From: Opitutia bacterium
Lineage (GTDB): Bacteria; Verrucomicrobiota; Verrucomicrobiia; Opitutales; UBA953
Reading direction: 5' to 3'
Assembly: GCA_947463395.1 (NCBI GenBank)
Contig: CANHRV010000001.1
Span: 1-53,613, forward strand
Length of the DNA: 53,613 nt
Shown: piece after piece, positions 39,381 through 46,703 of the stretch
Numbering within the stretch: the first letter of the stretch is position 1
Layout: each line of letters starts with the position of its first letter
Position numbers and translations under genes: made by a program
Notes under the pieces: model-generated
Database searches by the model: none
Seen by the model: the letters and a program-made list of their open reading frames with translations, nothing else
What the model was told of the DNA's origin: nothing

Positions 39381-40250
39381 GTGGTTTCTGAAATTGCTCA
39401 TGCTAAGTTAAATCTGTCGCTCGCCGTCACAGGACGAAGAGAGGATGGGTTTCATGAATTAGTGAGTTTAGTTCATGCGATTGCTTTAGCCGATGAGTTA
39501 GATTTTGAGCCAGGGGGTCCCTTTCGTTTGATTTGCGATGACAAGACTCTGCCAACCGATGAAACCAACTTGGTTTTGCGGGCAGCGCTGGCCTACCAAA
39601 AACAGGTTCCGTTTTGTCCGACTGGCACTTTTTATTTACGTAAATGTATTCCGAGTGGAGCGGGATTGGGTGGTGGAAGTTCGGATGCCGCTGCGGCTTT
39701 ACGACTGCTGAATCGATCTATTCCGCAACCTCTGTCGGAGGACAATTTACGTTCGATGGCTGCAACCATTGGTTCGGATTGCCCGTTTTTTATTTCTGAA
39801 CGTGCGGCTATCATGCGCGGAAGGGGAGAGCGTTTAAACGAAATTCCTAAAGTCAGCGCTCAGACGTTGCAACGACGCCGCGTTTTAGTGGTAAAACCTG
39901 CTTTTGCCATCAGTACGCCAGAGGCTTATGGTTTGTTGGCTCAATCAGGTCGCTATGCTGTTTCTGCTGATGTTGAACAATCGCTTCAGTCATGGTTGCA
40001 AAAGCCCAATCGTGATCCTTCTTTCTTAGGTAATACGCTCGAGGCTGCTGTTTTTCGGAAGTATATCGCCTTACCGACTGCTTTAGATAAAGTGTCTCAT
40101 CGTCTCGGGGTGACTTTTCGAATGACGGGTAGCGGAAGTGCTTGTTTTGCCTTTTATCCCGAGGGAGAAACATCCAGCGAGGTTGAGTCTTTATTTAAAG
40201 AACTCTGGGGGCCTAGGGTCTGGTTTTGTGATACTCAGCTTTTCGGATAG
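39381..40250 (+). CDS. ispE: 4-diphosphocytidyl-2-C-methyl-D-erythritol kinase
   Basis: AKLNLSLAVTGRREDGFHELVSL and IPSGAGLGGGSSDAAA (GHMP kinase motif). GTG start. Confidence 0.9.
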   Translation: MVSEIAHAKLNLSLAVTGRREDGFHELVSLVHAIALADELDFEPGGPFRLICDDKTLPTDETNLVLRAALAYQKQVPFCPTGTFYLRKCIPSGAGLGGGSSDAAAALRLLNRSIPQPLSEDNLRSMAATIGSDCPFFISERAAIMRGRGERLNEIPKVSAQTLQRRRVLVVKPAFAISTPEAYGLLAQSGRYAVSADVEQSLQSWLQKPNRDPSFLGNTLEAAVFRKYIALPTALDKVSHRLGVTFRMTGSGSACFAFYPEGETSSEVESLFKELWGPRVWFCDTQLFG

Positions 40251-40304
40251 TTTCGGCTTTACTGTCAGCCTGAGCCTCGCCTAGATGCTCTTACCAAAAC
40301 AACT

Positions 40305-40403
40305 ATGGGAAGCCTCAAGAAAAAGCGTCGTCTGAAAATGAACAAGCACAAGCGCCGTAAGCGCTCGAAGAGCTCACGTCACAAGAAGCGCTTGTGGGGC
40401 TAA
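40305..40403 (+). CDS. 32-aa highly basic small ORF, bS22-like (AURKAIP1/COX24-type ribosomal small protein)
   Basis: Hand-translated as [32 protein letters not shown]. This resembles mycobacterial bS22 (MGSVIKKRRKRM.KKKHRKLL...). It has its own downstream terminator and is too short for the ORF track. Confidence 0.6.
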   Translation: MGSLKKKRRLKMNKHKRRKRSKSSRHKKRLWG

Positions 40404-40434
40404 GTTTTAAGGCAAAAGGCCTTAAAATCATCGA

Positions 40435-40465
40435 GGGTGACCTTTTTGGTCACCCCTTTTGTTTT
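40435..40465 (+). terminator. Intrinsic terminator after the bS22-like ORF
   Basis: Stem gggtgacc / ggtcaccc, loop ttttt, tail cttttgtttt. Confidence 0.75.
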
Positions 40466-40524
40466 CTGGCTTGCCCAATACCTAGGATAACCCCAAGTCT
40501 CATCCCTCACCTCTATTTCTAACC

Positions 40525-40695
40525 ATGGCCCGCGAAACCGTAATCATTGAGTGCACTGAAGCCCGCAAGGAAGGCAAACGCCCCTCGCGCTATATGACCA
40601 CGCGCAACAAGAAGCTTTCTCAAGAGAAGGTGGAATTAAAGAAGTATAACCCTTCTCTTCGTCGTCACACTCTTCACAAAGAGATTAAAGGATAA
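40525..40695 (+). CDS. rpmG: 50S ribosomal protein L33 (form lacking the zinc-ribbon cysteines)
   Basis: Hand-translated as [56 protein letters not shown] (56 aa). Only one Cys remains at the four usual CxxC positions. Too short for the ORF track. Confidence 0.85.
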   Translation: MARETVIIECTEARKEGKRPSRYMTTRNKKLSQEKVELKKYNPSLRRHTLHKEIKG

Positions 40696-40717
40696 TTATT
40701 TTTCTGCGTAAAATAAG

Positions 40718-40753
40718 AGGCCGAGGTCTTTCGAGATCTCGGCCTTTTTGTTT
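40718..40753. terminator. Intrinsic terminator after rpmG, possibly bidirectional
   Basis: Stem aggccgag(gtc) / (gat)ctcggcct followed by tttttgttt on the plus strand. The minus-strand gene ending at 40770 faces the same hairpin. Confidence 0.75.
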
Positions 40754-40769
40754 CATCATCAAGGATGAC

Positions 40770-41024
40770 TTAGTGGGCTTGAGCTGAACGACGTTGCTGG
40801 CGCCACTTTGCGCGGTGATGTCTCGTCCAATCAAGCAAAGCTTGTTCAAATCCAATGTCCTTCCCGGCCTTTTCGGATTCAATCCATTTGTGACGGAGAA
40901 TTTCCTGACGTTCAGCCAGAAATTCAGCATAGAGAGAGGACCTTGACGCCAGATCGCTGCCACTTGGCGTTGGTTTAGATTTTGGGGTATCAGAACTATC
41001 CCTCACGAATTTCAATAAGTACAA
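40770..41024 (-). CDS. Small conserved hypothetical protein (DUF4032-like motif)
   Basis: 84 aa. RHKWIESEKAGKDIGFEQALLDW resembles a motif I associate with DUF4032-type proteins (recalled). The overlapping 40685..40963 ORF is treated as a shadow frame. Confidence 0.5.
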   Translation of the reverse strand: MYLLKFVRDSSDTPKSKPTPSGSDLASRSSLYAEFLAERQEILRHKWIESEKAGKDIGFEQALLDWTRHHRAKWRQQRRSAQAH

Positions 41025-41060
41025 ACTTTTGAATTTGGCAAGTCAGAGATGGGGAAACTC

Positions 41061-42176
41061 TTAAGCAGGCTGGTTGAGTTTACGTAGAACAGTCAATGCG
41101 ATGGATTTGAAAACTCGGGCGGCGTTATTATCGGGATGGCTGATTACCACAGGAATACCATGGTCGCCACCTTGGCGAACGGCGGGATCAATCGGGACTT
41201 CGCCAAGAAGTTCAGTATCAAGCGCTGTCGCCACTTTTAATCCGCCTCCTTGGCCAAAGAGGTATTGTCTGTCGCCATTAGCTGATTCCAAGAAACTCAT
41301 GTTTTCTGCCACGCCCAAAATGGGAATATTCACCTTGTTAAACATGGCAGCTCCTCGAAGAGCTACCGAAACGGCGGCGGTTTGTGGAGTAGTGACAATG
41401 ACAGCGCCACTGAGGGCCATCGATTGGGCGATCGAAAGCTGGGCATCGCCTGTTCCGGGAGGTAAATCGATTAAGAGAACATCGCACTCCCCCCAACGAA
41501 CATTGGAAGCGAACTGCGAGATGGTCTTCATAATCATCGGACCACGCCAAACCACGGGGGCATCGGCATCGATGAGCAATCCCATCGACATAATTTTTAC
41601 TCCGAAATTTTCTAAGGGAAGAAGGACGTCGCCTTCCATTTCTGGACGGGCATTGACACCAATCATTAGCGGGACGGAGGGCCCATAAATGTCGCAGTCC
41701 ATCAGTCCGATGCGACCGGTCTGGCCTTTTTCATTTAACGCACGGGCTAAGGCACAAGCGAGATTGACCGCAAAAGTGGATTTTCCAACGCCACCTTTGC
41801 CACTGGCGATGGCAATAATGTGCTTCACTTTGCCTACCCCAGCATCAGCGGGTAACTTAGCAGGTCCTGAAGCACCCAATGGAGTGACAGGGGTTGTTTT
41901 AGGTACGGTAACACTGATAGCGATTTCGGGATTCTGTATCCCAGCCCCTTGTAGAACTGACTCAATATCAGCGTATAACTTTCGGGGAATCGCGGCGTCG
42001 GCTGTCGTGACGGCAAGGCCGATGCTAACTTTGCCCTCGGGAGTCACCTCGACGCCTCGGAGGAGTCCAAACGATACAATATCGCGACTAAATCCTGGGT
42101 AGCGCACTTGGCCTAAAAGTTTAAGAATGCTTTCCTTATCCATCGACATGTGAGGGATTGAACTCTCAATGGACAT
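41061..42176 (-). CDS. apbC: Fe-S cluster carrier ATPase, Mrp/NBP35/ApbC family with an N-terminal DUF59-like domain
   Basis: IAIASGKGGVGKST (deviant Walker A), DLPPGTGD and a CxxC-less C-terminal region. Alternative ATGs lie at 42149 and 42143. Confidence 0.88.
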   Translation of the reverse strand: MSIESSIPHMSMDKESILKLLGQVRYPGFSRDIVSFGLLRGVEVTPEGKVSIGLAVTTADAAIPRKLYADIESVLQGAGIQNPEIAISVTVPKTTPVTPLGASGPAKLPADAGVGKVKHIIAIASGKGGVGKSTFAVNLACALARALNEKGQTGRIGLMDCDIYGPSVPLMIGVNARPEMEGDVLLPLENFGVKIMSMGLLIDADAPVVWRGPMIMKTISQFASNVRWGECDVLLIDLPPGTGDAQLSIAQSMALSGAVIVTTPQTAAVSVALRGAAMFNKVNIPILGVAENMSFLESANGDRQYLFGQGGGLKVATALDTELLGEVPIDPAVRQGGDHGIPVVISHPDNNAARVFKSIALTVLRKLNQPA

Positions 42177-42210
42177 TAGGTCAAACTGCTATCACTCTCA
42201 TTTTAAGACT

Positions 42211-43422
42211 ATGTATTTCTTCCGATTTATCCGCTGTCTAATCTGGGTAAGCATTTCCTTGTGTGGTGTTTCTTTGCCGGCACAGGATCGTGTGGTCATC
42301 AACGAGAGTATTGATGCCGAGATTAAGCGAGGAGTGATGCCGGTTACAATCCTTTGTGATGATTTGAGTTTAGCCTCGATGGTGAAGTTTGCCGTTAATG
42401 CTCATGGAGCTTTCAGTGTGCGCAATGGTTCCTCCTTGCAGGTTAAAATAGGACGAAATGGTGTTACGGCTGCCGTGGCTTGTGATAATCCTCGTGCTAC
42501 TTTTCAAACTACAGTCGAAGCCAAGGATGAAGATGAATTAGCTTTGCGGGTGGCTGATGCCATTATTGTTGGCTTGGGACGTACTTGGCAATTGAAGCCA
42601 CTTTTTGCAGATACCAAAGTTGCCTTTGTTTCTCGTTACACAGGGCATGCGGAAATTTACTCGAGCAATCTCATTTTTTCCCGCACTCGTCGCCTAACTA
42701 ATTTGGCCAGCACTTCCGTTGCTCCTCGTTGGTCGAACGAGGGTAGTCGAATTTATTTTGTTACTTCCGCTCGTTCTGGTTTCCCTGAAATCTTTTCCAC
42801 GAATGGTTCGGATAAACCTCGCAAGGTTATCGTTGATGTGCGCGGTGCTTTGGGTGGAGCGAGTTCTGGGCCCGATGGTCGTCTTGTTTTTGCCTCATCT
42901 AACAAGAATTCCATGGATATTTATGTGTCGGGCCCTTCGGGTGAATCGCCTCGAGCGGTGGTTTCGACTCCCAATGTCGATGCTGACCCCTCTTGGTCTC
43001 CCGACGGTACGCGCATTGTTTTAACCAGCGGTCCTTTAGGTCGCCCAGGGATTTATATCACCTCTTCTTCGGGCGGTGTCCTTAACCGCGTTTCTACGGG
43101 CTATAGTTATTGTACTGAGCCACGATGGAATCCCGTAGAGTCTTCTCTCATTGCTTTCACTTTTCAATCAGGTCGATTGGGTCTAGCCGTTGCCGATATT
43201 AAGTCGGGAACGATTACGCCCGTGCCCGTGACTTCTCCGCTTAACCTTTCGCACAGTTCGTGGTGTGCCGATGGAAGACATCTTGTGGCTACACAGGCGA
43301 CGAATAATCGCTCCTGGATTGCCTTGGTTGATACTGTCACTGGAAAAGTGACACGTATCTCCGATGCCAAGTTAGGTGATTGCTCCGAGCCCGATTGCTG
43401 GGTTCGAGTGAATCGAAATTAA
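42211..43422 (+). CDS. TolB-like periplasmic beta-propeller protein (PD40 repeats)
   Basis: Signal-like MYFFRFIRCLIWVSISLCGVSLPA. Repeats PRWSNEGSRIYFV, GPDGRLVFAS, PSWSPDGTRIVLTS, PRWNP and SSWCADGRHLV. No tolQRA or pal nearby. Confidence 0.7.
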   Translation: MYFFRFIRCLIWVSISLCGVSLPAQDRVVINESIDAEIKRGVMPVTILCDDLSLASMVKFAVNAHGAFSVRNGSSLQVKIGRNGVTAAVACDNPRATFQTTVEAKDEDELALRVADAIIVGLGRTWQLKPLFADTKVAFVSRYTGHAEIYSSNLIFSRTRRLTNLASTSVAPRWSNEGSRIYFVTSARSGFPEIFSTNGSDKPRKVIVDVRGALGGASSGPDGRLVFASSNKNSMDIYVSGPSGESPRAVVSTPNVDADPSWSPDGTRIVLTSGPLGRPGIYITSSSGGVLNRVSTGYSYCTEPRWNPVESSLIAFTFQSGRLGLAVADIKSGTITPVPVTSPLNLSHSSWCADGRHLVATQATNNRSWIALVDTVTGKVTRISDAKLGDCSEPDCWVRVNRN

Positions 43423-45120
43423 TTATTCTTCAGGAGCGAACGGCGAAGGAGAAATCGATTCCATCGGTCTCTGGTAAAAATCAAGTTTCGAAAGTACTTC
43501 AAAGGGAACGACTTTTCCAACGGGGTATTTTTCGTAAGTTTCTTGGTCAACCATCACCATCAAGGTATCTGAGTCTTTTTCACGTGAGACAGAAAGATAG
43601 TACCACTTGGGTGATTCGCGACGAATCAACAGTTGACGGTCAGCAACGCGATAACGGGCAACGTGCGATCGTCCGCCAGTCGTGGGTCGAGCCACGACTT
43701 TGTATTCTTCTCGAGCTAAAAAGATTTCTTTGGGTATTTCGGTGCAGACTAAGTCTTTAGCCGCAAGAAATTTTGAACCCCAGGGTAAGTAGACTGTATC
43801 GCCACTAACTTTTTTGGTGACGAGAATAAAACGAGAGGCCGTCACATTATCCAGTTTCTTAGATTCGGGAATGGTGAACTCGTTCTTATCGTTGAGGGTT
43901 AATTCGGTGGCTTCAGCAGAGATAACCCAGGCCGCTAATTCAGCACCTTGATCGTGATTGAAGTCGCTCCACAGTGTTTTACGAACCTTCGGATCCACAT
44001 TAATTTTGATGCGATTCTGCAACTCTTTCAGTCGCATCAAGAAAGGGTGTAAATCTTCGGCCCACTTGCGATTGGCTTTGGCTAATTCTCCGATGGAGCC
44101 AATCATATCTTTGTTACTTTCAGCGGTTTGAACGGCGTCTTTAATGCGAAAGTTTACGCGTTCAATCAAGCTGTTGAGATCGGTTAATTTAATTCTTTGC
44201 ACTTCATCCCGAAGGTTAACCGATTCTTTAAGTGCCAGGTTTACTGACGGGTAGGCGGCAATAATTTCGGAACGAGCTTTTTCAAAGCCTGTATCATCGA
44301 GCATGGGAGCGAGAATGGCATTAAGAATCGCCTCTTGCTCTGCGATTTTATTAAAGATTTCTGGAGGAATAGGTTGGCGGAAAAGAAAAACACGAATGGT
44401 TTCATTCGTCGGAATATTCCATTTTTTTAATTCGTTGTCTAAAGGTGTTAAGTCGACCTCGCCTGTGATTCTGTAGGCTGAGCTTTCGGGAATTTTGAGT
44501 CGATTATAGAGCGTTTTGAGAACGGGTTGACTGCCGAACGGTTTCTCAAATCTCACGGCCTTAGCGGTGGCAGAAAATTCTTCAAACCCTCGAATTTCGT
44601 AATCGAATCGCTGTAAAGTCTCATTCGCTTTGGGGTCATCTTTAGCGATAACGCGAGAGGGCATGCCCAGAAGCCAGCTACCCGCGTCAGTCGTCAGTCC
44701 AAAAGTTAATGACCCGATGAGGGCCAGTAAGAAAGACGCAACGATGACAGTTTTTCGGAATTTAATTTCCTTGATCAAACCTGCTTCGTGTCGAGCGAGG
44801 ATTCCCGCCGCTTGTTCTTGGGTGATTTGATCGACATTCGAAGCATCGGAAAGTCCGTACATCAAGAGTTTGCGTCGATCATCGGGATTAAGACGGATGG
44901 CTTCGAGTTGCTTCTCGGTTTCACTAACCTCGAGTCGTTTTCCAAGTTTGATTGCGCTACCAAAGGCAAAGTGATTACCCAGGGGCTCCCAGTCGGCTGC
45001 ACCATCGATAGCGCAAAGTGTTTCCGCATTGACTGTGCCCTCATTAATTAGGTCCTGCACTTCGAACTCCGTTAAGGGTCCGCGTACTTCATTATTGATG
45101 TATAAAGCGAAGTGACGCAT
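43423..45120 (-). CDS. Membrane-anchored hypothetical protein with an N-terminal GYF_2 (DUF4339-like) domain
   Basis: YINNEVRGPLTEFEVQDLINEGTVNAETLCAIDGAADWEPLG, a single TM (VIVASFLLALIGSLTFGL), then about 420 residues with no recognised motif. Confidence 0.6.
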   Translation of the reverse strand: MRHFALYINNEVRGPLTEFEVQDLINEGTVNAETLCAIDGAADWEPLGNHFAFGSAIKLGKRLEVSETEKQLEAIRLNPDDRRKLLMYGLSDASNVDQITQEQAAGILARHEAGLIKEIKFRKTVIVASFLLALIGSLTFGLTTDAGSWLLGMPSRVIAKDDPKANETLQRFDYEIRGFEEFSATAKAVRFEKPFGSQPVLKTLYNRLKIPESSAYRITGEVDLTPLDNELKKWNIPTNETIRVFLFRQPIPPEIFNKIAEQEAILNAILAPMLDDTGFEKARSEIIAAYPSVNLALKESVNLRDEVQRIKLTDLNSLIERVNFRIKDAVQTAESNKDMIGSIGELAKANRKWAEDLHPFLMRLKELQNRIKINVDPKVRKTLWSDFNHDQGAELAAWVISAEATELTLNDKNEFTIPESKKLDNVTASRFILVTKKVSGDTVYLPWGSKFLAAKDLVCTEIPKEIFLAREEYKVVARPTTGGRSHVARYRVADRQLLIRRESPKWYYLSVSREKDSDTLMVMVDQETYEKYPVGKVVPFEVLSKLDFYQRPMESISPSPFAPEE

Positions 45121-45251
45121 GGATGGCTGGTGGTCCCCGAGGGGTATCGATACAAAGTTCTTTTTTGTCCTTTTGTCGTACTCTAGGCAAGCCCATAGGG
45201 GGTATGGTTCCTCTTGGCAAAAGGGCTTTAAATCGTTACTTTTCTTCTTTC

Positions 45252-46703
45252 ATGGCCAATCAAGGCATCAACCAATCGCAAAAACAAGTTCAGGGGCTTA
45301 TCCTAACCCCTCAACTGCGTCAGTCTTTGCGTATTTTGCAAGTGCCTGCGACTGAACTTCTCCGAGAAATTTCGGATGAGTTGGCCGCCAATCCTTTGAT
45401 TGAAGAAGTGGAGTCTCCCTCAGGCGAATCCGTTTCAGCTCTCTCTTCATCCGAGACGGACAATGAGGACGAAAGTCCTCGTGAACTGAATGTGGGAGAT
45501 GATGATTTTGAGGCTCTTCGTCGAATGAAAGAAGACTGGGACGAAAGTTACTATGAAGAGATGCGTTCTCAGGGTTACACGCAGGAGGACGAAGAACGTC
45601 GCCAACATTTATTAGAATCTGTTACGGGCGAAGTTTCTCTTTCAGAACACTTATTAGAACAAGCTCGCACCGCTTCCGATGACGACGAAGTGCAGGAAGC
45701 ATTGAAACTTTTGATTTCCTCGCTGGATGAACGAGGGTTTTTGGATGATGATTTATCAACGATAGCCTTGCGCTCAGGGCAGAGTTACGAGGCCGTGGTT
45801 AACGCGCATACCTTGTTGCTCGGATTTGATCCACCAGGGATTGGAGCTCGTGATTTGCGTGAGTGTTTTCTCGCACAATTGCGTCAACGCGGTCGAGGCT
45901 TGTCCCAAGCCGCACGATTGGTGGCCGAGGCTTGGGAACCTTTGATGGCACGGCGTCTTGATGAGTGTGGGCGGATTCTTGAATTAACCCCCGACGAGGT
46001 TCGTGAAGGACTCGCGGAATTGGCCAAATTAGAGACAGTGCCAGCTCGTCGGTTTACCCGAGATGAAAACCGCATGATTAGCCCCGATGCGACGGTTAAA
46101 AAAGACGATGAGGGTAATTGGAAAGTTATTCTCGATGATCGGCATATCCCTAAACTTCGTTTGGTTCCTGCCTATAAAGACATGCTCGCGGGCCAATCGT
46201 TGGGCGATAAAGAACGACAGTATATTTTAGAACGTATGCGCCAAGGTAAGTTTCTTATTGGTGCTATTGAGGAGCGACAACGCACGGTTGATCGTTTGGC
46301 CCATATTATTTTGGAAAGACAAAAAGATTTTTTTGAAAATGGCCCTACGCATTTGCGTCCTTTAACGATGACTGATGTCGCCAAGGAAATGGGGGTGCAT
46401 GAAACCACGGTTGGTCGGGCGGCAGCGAATAAATGGATGTCGACCCCTTATGGAATGAAAGAGTTTCGCTGGTTCTTTACTTCAGGAGTTTCCACTGAGT
46501 CAGGTGGTTCGGTTGCTCAAGAAGGCGTACAAGAAATGATTGCGGATATCTTAGCTCGAGAAAATCCTGCTGCTCCTTTGGCCGATGAGGCGATTACGGA
46601 AGAATTGAAAAAACGCGGAATTAAAATCGCTCGTCGTACGGTAGCAAAATATCGCGAAGGTCTTAATCAGCCCCCAGCCCATTTACGTAAACGTCGTTTA
46701 TAG
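45252..46703 (+). CDS. rpoN: RNA polymerase sigma-54 factor
   Basis: N-terminal LTPQLRQSLRILQ, an acidic region II, HTH MTDVAKEMGVHETTVGRA and the RpoN box ARRTVAKYREGL. ATG at 45252; the track ORF starts at 45123. Confidence 0.92.
   Translation: MANQGINQSQKQVQGLILTPQLRQSLRILQVPATELLREISDELAANPLIEEVESPSGESVSALSSSETDNEDESPRELNVGDDDFEALRRMKEDWDESYYEEMRSQGYTQEDEERRQHLLESVTGEVSLSEHLLEQARTASDDDEVQEALKLLISSLDERGFLDDDLSTIALRSGQSYEAVVNAHTLLLGFDPPGIGARDLRECFLAQLRQRGRGLSQAARLVAEAWEPLMARRLDECGRILELTPDEVREGLAELAKLETVPARRFTRDENRMISPDATVKKDDEGNWKVILDDRHIPKLRLVPAYKDMLAGQSLGDKERQYILERMRQGKFLIGAIEERQRTVDRLAHIILERQKDFFENGPTHLRPLTMTDVAKEMGVHETTVGRAAANKWMSTPYGMKEFRWFFTSGVSTESGGSVAQEGVQEMIADILARENPAAPLADEAITEELKKRGIKIARRTVAKYREGLNQPPAHLRKRRL

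Noticed and set aside
40685-40963. A 92-aa minus-strand ORF overlapping the 84-aa ORF at 40770-41024.
   Set aside because: It would run through the rpmG terminator hairpin and into the rpmG 3' end. The other frame carries a conserved-looking motif (HKWIESEKAGKDIG).
41074-42102. A long plus-strand open frame antisense to apbC (204 aa and 137 aa ORFs in the same frame, separated by a single stop).
   Set aside because: It lies exactly opposite a strongly supported Mrp/ApbC gene. Its translation is low-complexity Ala/Pro/Ser/Thr/Arg-rich, which is typical of antisense shadow frames, and it has no recognisable motifs or start context.
45123-45251. Upstream extension of the rpoN ORF.
   Set aside because: Sigma-54 region I (LTPQLRQSLRILQ) follows shortly after ATG 45252. 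The extension would leave only 2 nt between divergent start codons.
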